Of a DNA stretch of 59,548 nt, positions 38,162 to 47,900 are shown in pieces. The position numbers were made by a program, and so were the translations under genes. The notes under the pieces are model-generated. The model worked only from the letters and a program-made list of their open reading frames with translations, was not told where the DNA came from and made no database searches. Source of the DNA: Paraphysomonas bandaiensis (Eukaryota > Protista > Chrysophyceae); contig CBFFRP010000174.1 in NCBI GenBank assembly GCA_965644295.1, positions 1 to 59,548 on the forward strand, in the 5' to 3' direction. Positions within the stretch are counted from its first letter, which is position 1. Every line of letters starts with the position of its first letter.

Positions 38162-39418
38162 ATGAGAGCTGTATCTCGACCATGGAAGATTCTGATGATG
38201 GGATACGTATGGCCTGAGGTGACATCCTCTGCAGCAGGCCTCAGAGACTGGAATCTGATTAACAGCTTCATGGAGCAGAGCTGCGAGGTGGTTTTCTCAT
38301 CGCAGGCAAAAGAAAACAAATTCACGAACGACTTGAAGGCTGCAGGCGTTAAAACTATTCGAATTGAACCCAATCAGTCATGGTTTGACTCGTGGATCAG
38401 AGAAGAATCTCCTGATTTCGTTATCTTCGACAGGTATGTAACGGAGGAGCAGTTCGGCTGGCGTGTGGAGCAGCATAGTCCGTCAACTGCTCGAATCCTC
38501 GACACTCAAGACTTACACTTTTTGAGGAAAAGCAGACATGCAGCTCTTTTAGGAGGCGCCAGTTTATCCGATATTTCATCTTGTAACATTGACTTGACCA
38601 GTGAAGTCACACTGCGAGAGTTGGCCTCGATATATAGATGCGACTCTACCTTGATAATATCTGATTTTGAAATGAAACTTTTAATCTCGCGATTCAAAGT
38701 GAATTCTTCTCATCTCTTTTTGCACCGTTTTCACTACCCTCCTGCCGGTGAGTCGCCGCCTTTTCACTCTCGGAAGCACTTCTGCATGATTGGAAACTTC
38801 CGCCATGCTCCTAATTCAGATGCGGTACAGTGGCTGCGACAAGATATATGGCCTCGCATTAGAAACACACTTACTGATGTAGAGATGCACGTTTATGGTG
38901 CGTATGCTCCAAAGGAGATGATGCAATGGACTGACTCAGCATCGGGATTCCATGTCAAGGGGCCTGTCAAGGACCACCTCTCAATGATGAGGAAATATCG
39001 AGTCAACCTTGCCCCACTTCGATTTGGGGCGGGGATTAAAGGAAAGATTACAGATGGATGGTATTGTGGTACTCCTGTTGTTACAACTCCTATTGGATCC
39101 GAGGGAATGCACGAACACCTCCCTTTCGGTGGTGAAGTTTGCATTGAACCGGAAGAAATAGCTAAGCGGGCAGTGAAATTATATTGCAATCAAGATGAAT
39201 GGAATAGTGCAGAGCGAAACGGAAAAATTATTTTAGAACATCTATATGATCTGCCTTTGAACTCTGCAAGCATATTAAGCCATTTAGCTGACGTAAAGGA
39301 AAATCTAGAACATCGTAGAAAAAACAACGTCATTGGGTCGATATTACAGTATCAATTGAATCGAGGAACGAAATATTTTTCGCTGTGGATAGAAGAGAAA
39401 AATAAAAATAGAAAGTAG
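38162..39418 (+). CDS. Intronless GT-B (GT4-like) glycosyltransferase
   Basis: GYVWPEVTSSAAG, LDTQDLHFLR, IGNFRHAPNSDAV, LAPLRFGAGIKGKI, GTPVVTTPIGSEGM. Confidence 0.9.
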   Translation: MRAVSRPWKILMMGYVWPEVTSSAAGLRDWNLINSFMEQSCEVVFSSQAKENKFTNDLKAAGVKTIRIEPNQSWFDSWIREESPDFVIFDRYVTEEQFGWRVEQHSPSTARILDTQDLHFLRKSRHAALLGGASLSDISSCNIDLTSEVTLRELASIYRCDSTLIISDFEMKLLISRFKVNSSHLFLHRFHYPPAGESPPFHSRKHFCMIGNFRHAPNSDAVQWLRQDIWPRIRNTLTDVEMHVYGAYAPKEMMQWTDSASGFHVKGPVKDHLSMMRKYRVNLAPLRFGAGIKGKITDGWYCGTPVVTTPIGSEGMHEHLPFGGEVCIEPEEIAKRAVKLYCNQDEWNSAERNGKIILEHLYDLPLNSASILSHLADVKENLEHRRKNNVIGSILQYQLNRGTKYFSLWIEEKNKNRK

Positions 39419-40184
39419 CTTTTTACGATGAGTGAATATGTTTATAGTTTATATTCGTTGGTGTAAAGTAATCAACGTCCCATACTCTGGAGACCACAGC
39501 AACGAACTATGATCAGTTGTATTTGACCTACACCAGTGAAATTACCATTCTATTAAATGCCAAAATTCTAACTTCGTATCTATGGTAATAGTTCAGAACA
39601 AAAGTTCTGCTGTACGGAGGCCTGTATTGTGAAATTTAAGGGAGTTATAGCTGTGTAGTGCGTAAAGCAAACAAACTAACTAAAGTAGTAAGTGTGAAAT
39701 ATAGCTACCAGAGCGGAGTGAATAGTGAATGGCAAGGTACTGCAATTGGTAGCTGTTCTAATCACGAGGAGAGAGAACGGATGCAAGGTTATTTTAAGCC
39801 CAAAAGAGGCTTTCTCCTTGACAGTTTACGTTCACATTTCGCTCCCCAATTTTTGAACGTGAAAGGAAAGTTATGTCGATAGAATAGAGAGATAATTATT
39901 ATTGCATAGGCAATTTTTATGCGTTATCATGTAAAACACATCAACAACATAATTTTATACTTCTTTCAACCTCTGACTAACTTCCGTAGCCGCAAATAGA
40001 GTAGCCGCCAGCAGTCATTGCCCTACTTGTATAGCTACTTTTTGTTTCTAATTACTTGTGATTTAAATGCACGACTTAAGTACGATCATCAATATACATT
40101 ACATCATATAACTTTCCTTTCACACTGTAGGAACAACGCACAATAATTCCATGTATATTTCTCACTCTTTCATCCACTTTGAAC

Positions 40185-40485
40185 TGAATTTTGCCATCAC
40201 ACAACCAATACATGTGATACAATATGAGCCTCTTGCATACACTCGGCTCAACGAGAGAACACACGTGCCATATATAACTGTACAACATAGCCATTATACA
40301 CTCTTACAGTCATACACTATCTCTCGGTGGTACAACCTGAGCATACCAGTAGAGTATTCACTCAGCTCAACGAGAGAACACACATTGCAGCAGTATAACT
40401 ATATACATCATTTAATTTAGCCATCACATAACCTATATACGCCACATACATATATAACCTGAGCATACTGCTCAACGAGAGACAA
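40185..40485. repeat. Degenerate ~105-120-bp tandem repeat, three units
   Basis: GCTCAACGAGAG at 40246, 40365 and 40470; AACCTGAGCATAC and GCCATCACA also recur. Confidence 0.7.
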
Positions 40486-41065
40486 AATAAAAGCCTTACA
40501 ATAATTTTGTTCCTGTTTTTCAGTTGTTTTATACTATAGAGCGTTCTTGCGCTTGTTACCGACAGTGATATAAGTGTTTTCACACCTCCTTTCAGGGTAT
40601 ATTATAACCTTTCTGCTATTTGTTATGCTGATCCTCCAAACTATTTGATTAGGGTTTATAATAATACTGATATAATATTCATCACAATTTAAACGTCTAG
40701 GGTCTAGTAGGCTAACAAACGTATGTGTATTAGACGGTCTCGTAGTCGTCGGACAAACCTCAAGCCATTACAAAGTTGTGATAATTTTCCTACAGTATTT
40801 AGCGAATGCTGATCACCTGCTTCCTCAAGCTCGGGAATCTGTCCGGCCCATTCGAGGGGTAGTTCAGTGTTTTAGCGAACAGACCATTAATATCAATATT
40901 TGACATTATTAGGTAATAAATACTTCAATAATATAGCAGAACGTAGTATATTATGTACACAATTTTATATGCTTGAATTATAAATTAAGATCAGTCTCAC
41001 TAATCATTCATTATTGTCATTCGCCAAAGTTAGGTTATCTTAACCTCTTATATATAGACACTATC

Positions 41066-41240
41066 CCCTCAACAAAGTCGGACTTGCACCTTCTCGTGAT
41101 GTTCTGGGAGATAAGTACCGGAGAGATTCTCTCTGCTGGGAAACTAACGTGAGCTGCAAACATAGTCAGCAGATATTCTTCTGCCCACTCATAGCCGAAT
41201 GCTTGTGTGGTACAAGGTACACCAATAAGTGTCACTTGTG
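41066..41240 (+). mobile_element. Same repeat family, copy F, with complete HDV-like ribozyme-shaped head
   Basis: CCCTCAACAAAGTCGGACTTGCACCTTCTCGTGATGTTCTGGGAG...AAACTAACGTGAGCTG. Confidence 0.85.
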
Positions 41241-41417
41241 TATTGAAAATCTGATTATTAAGAAGCGCAAGCTTGTGCGTTGCCGCGACCAACCTAACAA
41301 CTCGCGCGACACTATGCATAACATGACTCTCATCTAGTTACTATTGCATGCACCGACAAGTGCTCAACTATACAACACGATTTAGTTAGCTACATGGGCA
41401 TACGACGAGTTGCGTGT

Positions 41418-41760
41418 TTAAGCCGGATCATACGCTCCTGCCCAATCTACTTGTCCTAACACAAACAACTTGCGGTCGGTGTCTTCGGCATATGTCTCCT
41501 GTATATGCGGCAGATCTTTAGGGCCCCCTTCAAGGTGGTGTTCACAGCAGCAGGTAGTCTGGAAGGGAGAATAAAGTAGCTCTATAGCGCCGGGTCCTCC
41601 CACGGTCACGAAGCGGTCTCACTGGTGCAATTTTGCACACTGACGCATGAAACAGACATCTACCAAAATCTGTTACAAATTCAAGCTGACTCCAATGTCT
41701 TCCCTCCATTGTGTGCACTCATCCAGCACATGCATCCACCTTGCACTCTTCTCCCGAGTG
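41418..41760 (-). pseudogene. Possible MULE-like transposase relic
   Basis: EKSARWMHVL..DR..GAIE..CCEHHL with in-frame stops; only a loose match to the MULE E..W..FL / D..G..AI..C..H pattern. Confidence 0.25.
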
Positions 41761-42176
41761 ACTTACACTAGTAGGAAACCGTGCACCTTCCCCGCTCGGA
41801 TGAAAACCTAAAGTCGATGGTAAGTAAAAACCTGGTCAAGTACTTTGACCAGGTGATGTGCATTATATATATAAGTTATTTGAAAAAGTCTGGTATACTA
41901 AGTAACTGTTTGTAGCTAATAATAGGATAATTGGACTAATTAAACATTTATTATATTATAATAATGTTCTATTTACTAAAAGTTACTACGAAATCGTTAC
42001 ATCACTACTACTTATACTATTACAGCGCTATTTGTTACATTTGGTCCGAATGAAGATAACAGAGAACAACGTATATAGTTTCCCATCAGAGTTTTTACTC
42101 ACCCAACAGTGAGAATAGTTAACGTATGAACTGTCTTTGCCAAGTACAGCTGAAAGTACATAAGTAATTAAACAAT

Positions 42177-43368
42177 TGTAAAGCCGTGGGCTTTTATAAC
42201 ACCCTTTAACACGTTTAATGACATCATCATAATAATATTGATAACTATATTAATGCAATAACGATATGATAACATAATATGTAGGGTATATGTAGCTTGT
42301 TTTGTATAAGATTGGTGACAACAAGAGATACAGATTATTATTACGAGGGCAAGACGACAGACAACTAGGATTTACCCTCGAACACACGTTTTCTTTGATC
42401 TACGCGATTGCTACCCGTCGGTTTACGCCTATATCCATACGGTAGTTGGTGTCATAGCGTTTTGAGTTAGGAAGCATTGATTGGTACCGCATGTGCAATA
42501 TTCGTAGTCCATTCATCATTATGAGAAGCTTTCTGATGGTTTTGAACAGCTCTATGTGCTTGCTCATCGTTCCGGACTATGATATACGATTATTTTCCCA
42601 TTGCCATACACCGTTGATTTTCTCCGGAATGGGGAGGAATTCGTAAGGTGCCATTGGACGCAGATGCAGAGGTGTCATGGGCATGTTAGTGATCTGAATA
42701 TGAGTGTATTTGTATGGTCCAGTCTAAAGTACACACTCTTGCAAGGAAATGATATTTAACCGTTCGATTGTAAGCTTTTGAACCCGATTGCATTTTGTCG
42801 GTATTATGCATGAGTTGGCGATTGTGTATTTCACGTTGTCATGAAATGTGCTTGCAATTTTTGTGGAATCGAATATTGTCATTTTTGGGTGTTTGTGGCT
42901 CGAAAATCGGCGATTTTCTGCAATTCTAAAAAAATTGGGGATTTTTGGGTTTTTGGACTCAAAAATCGGAGGTTTTTGGAAAGGACCTATTTAGGCGTAT
43001 TTCAGGGCGTTTTTGACTATAAACGATGTAGGATATGAATCGTATGTAGTGTAGTACATGTATGAGCATATTGTACGGTTGTGGTTGCATTCAATGTCCT
43101 GTGAATGAGGAGGAGTCTTTAGACAAGGGTTCTGTCTTTTGTTTTGCTTGTAACTTAGTTTTTAATAATAATTCTCTATGAAATTAACATAGTTGGTTGA
43201 CTGATCTGTCTATTGGGAGCTTTAGATTGCAGGATACAGGGGAGCTTGTGTTTCTGGCTGTTGGTTTCTTAAAGAGTTATTATTATAGCTTTCTGTTTTG
43301 TTGTTTCGATAAACAACCATTTCATATCTTTTCAGTGATCTTAGGTTGCAAGACCTGAGTTGTTCATA
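42177..43368 (+). repeat. 5' LTR (1192 bp)
   Basis: TGTAAAGCCG...GTTGTTCATA; direct repeat of 48879-50070. Confidence 0.95.
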
Positions 43369-43436
43369 GTAAATTTACTCACGGTAAAACACGTAAGTGA
43401 AGATATCATTATTGTAGTTTATAGATATATATCGAA

Positions 43437-44906
43437 ATGTCTGATTCGGAGGGTCCTGTTGGTTCATCTGAGTTAGATGAAGTTAAGGAAATGTTACGGG
43501 GAATTGCTCTCAATATGGAGAACGTCACTAAGTTGTGTGTAGCAACTGCCAGTAGGGTAGATAATCTGGAGTCCAGAATGTCTATTAATGAAGAAGTTTT
43601 AGTTAATGAGCTGGAGGAAGCTCAGAAGGAAGTAGATGAGGCCATCCGTGACCAGCGTGAAGAGCAGCAGGGACATACCAGAGAGAGTGGCAGGGCTGCC
43701 GACGACAAAGGCAAGAAGAAAGAGCGAAGGACATCTGTATTCATGAGGGAGGCTGAGTCTTCAGAGGGAATGGAGGTTCCAAAGCATGTCATCATCAATG
43801 TTGAAAAGCCATCCCATAAGCATATTTTTCTGGATTCGATGGAGCTTAGTGATTTTACAAAGTTTATCATCCAATGGTTTGAATATGAACAGATCAATGG
43901 GATTAAGCTTGAGCCAGCCCAGATAGTTAGCAGGCGTGTTCGGAACCTGCTTATGTTCAACAATAGCTTGACGGATAAAATGTTTGTTAAGTTGAGTGCT
44001 CAGAAATTCTGTGAGATGATGGCTAAGGAGACCAAGGTGTTGTCCAAAGTGGAGTTCATTGAGACTTTACGATACGCGCTGAGATATTTTAAGCCACTGG
44101 ATTGGAAATCAGTGCGGCCGAATACACATGAGCTGTTTTTTCAAGAGATTTTGAAGCGAAAGAGTATTTTTATGCGTACGTTTACTATCATGATGGAGGC
44201 CAATAGTACTAAGTGTCCGCCGGTTGGAGGAAAAGAGTTTGGATCGGCTCAAGTATTTTTGGAGTTGATCGACGAGTCTTACAACAAACGAGTTCTGGCT
44301 GAGATTCCAAGGGTGACGGATACTAATTATGGTAATGTTGAAGAGTTTCTGGATACATACGTTTCCAAGGCGAGTGAGCATTATGAGGCGTCCAAGAACA
44401 TCAGATTGGTGCCTTATGAAGGGTCCGATTTCAGTAGGAAGCAAATTCAAAGGAGTTCGAGGAATCGGGACAATGGATACGTTGCAAAGGAGAAACCGAA
44501 ATCTTTAAACAACGTGCAGTTTGCGGACCGAGTTGAGGATGATTTCTACAGTGATTTAGATGACAAGGAGGTTGACCCGATAGTTGTGGTCAAGGATGAC
44601 GGGATGTCAGATGATGATTTCGAGAATGAGGTTGAGGAGATGTTGCTCGGCGAACCAGAGTCTGATAAGGAAGCTATAGAACAGGTGATGAACCTAGAGA
44701 AGACTGTTAATCCAACCCGTGGTTGCGTTGCGTATGCGTTGTATGGGAACTGCTACAAAGGGAAGGAATGTAAGCATGTCCAGGGTCATAATGGAGCAGT
44801 TGCAACGGAAACCCGGAAATGGATGATGAAGAAGCTGTCTCAGATGATGGCAGATGATTCCAAAGGGCCGCGAAAGATTTTGCCGAGGCCTGGTGGAGTG
44901 ACTTGA
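43437..44906 (+). CDS. gag: Gag-like protein with N-terminal coiled coil and C-terminal CCCH-type finger
   Basis: 489-aa ORF between the 5' LTR and pol; CVAYALYGNCYKGKECKHVQGH. Confidence 0.85.
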   Translation: MSDSEGPVGSSELDEVKEMLRGIALNMENVTKLCVATASRVDNLESRMSINEEVLVNELEEAQKEVDEAIRDQREEQQGHTRESGRAADDKGKKKERRTSVFMREAESSEGMEVPKHVIINVEKPSHKHIFLDSMELSDFTKFIIQWFEYEQINGIKLEPAQIVSRRVRNLLMFNNSLTDKMFVKLSAQKFCEMMAKETKVLSKVEFIETLRYALRYFKPLDWKSVRPNTHELFFQEILKRKSIFMRTFTIMMEANSTKCPPVGGKEFGSAQVFLELIDESYNKRVLAEIPRVTDTNYGNVEEFLDTYVSKASEHYEASKNIRLVPYEGSDFSRKQIQRSSRNRDNGYVAKEKPKSLNNVQFADRVEDDFYSDLDDKEVDPIVVVKDDGMSDDDFENEVEEMLLGEPESDKEAIEQVMNLEKTVNPTRGCVAYALYGNCYKGKECKHVQGHNGAVATETRKWMMKKLSQMMADDSKGPRKILPRPGGVT

Positions 44907-44909
44907 CAA

Positions 44910-47900
44910 ATGTGCGAGGCTAATGGTTCGCAGGATCACGAAGAAATATTGTACGGTTTGAATGATCCTGAGACTGTTAGTCGAGTTTTCCTCAGAAATT
45001 TGATGAATGTCTGTAATACGCGAGAACGAAAAGACTTGACATTGGCTCATTCTGGGGGAAGCATTGTATGTGATGATAACTATATAATATCTGTGCGTGG
45101 AATATTGTTCGACACTGGAGCCCTAACATCTAACTTCATTTCCAAGGATTTGTTTGAGACGTTTAGAAATCATGTGTGTGAAAACAAAGTCATAAAAAAA
45201 GAAACAGTTATAGGATTTGCCGATAAAACGTCGAGAATGAAGTGTAGTTTTGTAGTGAAATTAAAATTGAGGTTTGAGAGAGAAGACTCCAAGGGAGAGT
45301 TCGTGTTATATGACGGGGATTTCATTGTTGCTGATATGGGTAGCAACGATATTATCATTGGACTTCCGGCTATCGTTAAGGATCTATGGGATTATTTTCT
45401 ATTTATGCTTAAAGGAAGGACTATTGAACGAATTGAATCAGAAGTAAGTTTTATTAAAGGGCGTGAGGACGATGTTACCGAGGATGATTTGTTGTTGAAT
45501 GCGGTTGAAGAATTATTGCAGCCGTGGTGTGACAGTAGTAGGGAGGTAGCACCTGAAGAATTGGATGTTCCGGACCCTTCGCAGTTCGGATTTGCCTCAA
45601 GTTTTCTTGGAAAGACTAGAGAGGAAGCTTTGAGCGAGTTCGAGGATATGTTTGGTGAGCACGTGTCTCCAGAGTTCTCAGCAGCGCGACCGGTGCTGGA
45701 GTTATTGAGGACTAAGGGAGTAGAGGTATTTGTTCCAGAGCGGTGGGAAGGTATAAAAGGAGTGGATCCGTTGAACATTAAGTTCGCTGAGAATTTGCCT
45801 CCTAGGATCAAGCCGAAGGCAAGACCCGTAAATCCTAGATTATATGAGGATGCGGAGAAGGAGTTTAGGAGACTGTGTGGTTACATCTATGTTCCTAGTA
45901 GGTCGCCATGGGCTTCTTGTTTGGTGATCGCGCCAAAAGCCACGAAACCTTTTATTAGGATTTGTGGGGATTACGTGCAAATCAACAAGTACATTCCAAG
46001 TCCACACTATACAGTTCCTAATGTAAGACATGAGTTGGATCGTATTATTGGCTATAAGATATTTATGGACATTGACCTCACGAATGCGTTCCATCAGATC
46101 AGGTTGCATGAGAACACATCTGAAAAATTGTCAGTTCAAACACCGTGGGGCCAATTTCAGCCTTTATTCCTTCCGGAGGGAGTGTCTCCAGGGATTAGTG
46201 TGTTGCAAGAAGCGGTAGTCAAATTGTTTGGAGATCTGGAATGGGCGCTGTGTATATTTGATAATGTTCTGTTATTGGCACATGATTTTGATGATGCGTA
46301 TAAGAAGCTGGAGATTTTCCTGGATAGATGCATTGAACATGGAGTTGTGTTGAAATTTGCAAAGACCTGGTTAGGATTTAGGGAGATCAAGTTTTTTGGC
46401 TATTTGGTAAGGCACAATAGTTTCGAGCTCACGGACGATAGGAAAGAGGCTTTATTGAAGATTCCTTTTCCAGAGAATGGAAATAGATGTAAGAAGATTA
46501 GATCTTTGTTGGGTCTGGGAGTATTCTTTGCTCCATTTGTTCAGAATTACTCAGATTTGGTTAAACATCTTACGGATATGACTAAGAGTAGTTTTAATTG
46601 GGAAGAAACGACATGGCAGCACGATTATAGGCAGGAGTTTGAAAACTATAAGAGTGGTTTGCAACAGTCTTGTGCTTTGTTTTATCCGAATTATGATCTT
46701 GAGTGGACACTTAGGACAGATGCTAGTGACTATGGAGTGGCAGGCATTCTTTTCCAGACTGTTGAGGGAACTGGGTCTAGTCCGATTCAACAGCAAACTA
46801 TTGCTATCTGTTCCAAGAAATTGTCAGAGCAAGCCTTGAAGTGGTGTACTATTGAGAAGGAGGGTTTTGGTATATTCTATTCAGTCAAGAAATTTTCGTT
46901 TTATCTGAGAGGAAAGAAATTTACAATCGAGACGGACCACAACAACCTTGTGTGGATGGAGGCATCAGAAGTTGCGAAGATAATTCGATGGAGAATTTAT
47001 TTGCAGGATTTTGACTTTTTGATTCGTCATATCCCAGGGAAGAACAATGTGGTTGCGGATTGCTTGTCAAGATTGCTGTATTTGTCCGGATTTGTGGACG
47101 AAAGTGACGATTTCGACTCAGATGAAGTGAACTTCGTGACACTGCATAACATCTTTGAAAAAGACGATTTTGAGGACGACGTTCAAGAGATCGCGCCGCC
47201 TACGGAGGTACAGAGGATAGATTATTATCAGGCTATCAAAGAGGTTCACAACGCGCAAGCAGGACACTGGGGTGCGAAAGAGACGTGGAAACGTCTGTGT
47301 AGACAATTTCCGGGACACGGCGTGCCTTTCAAGGTGGTTGCAGACTTCGTGGACGAATGTATCAACTGTCAGAAGAATAGGCGAGAGCTGAAGCAGCGAT
47401 TGATTCCTATCACTAGACATTTAAAACCGCCTCATTCCAGGAGTGCTTTGGGAATTGACGCGGTTGCTATTACACCTGTTTCTAAATCTGGTTACACGCA
47501 TATTGTGGTCATGGTTAATTTGTTTACGAAATTGGTGTACCTATATGCGGTGAAAGGAATGACGGCTATCAATTTGGCTACAGCAGTATGGAAGTGCTGG
47601 TGTACATACGGGCTCACGGATATGATTATATCAGATATGGGTCCGGATCTCAAATCAGAGCTTTTCGCAGAGCTGGTTAAGTTGTCAGGACTTCGTCATG
47701 TATTTAGTATTGCCAACAGGCACGTCAACGGATGTGAGCGTATTATTAAGGAAGTGGTTCGTCACATCCGTGCTATTTGTTTTGACAAGCGAATCGAGGC
47801 TGATGCTGTTTTGGAGGACGAACTGTTACTTGCCACTATCATGTTCATTCTGAATACCCACGAGAGTAGTGAGACGGGGTATTCTGCGTTCGAACTGACG

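Noticed and set aside
42841-43038. Small ORFs inside the LTRs
   Set aside because: Arise from T-tract sequence and are not conserved in the sister LTR
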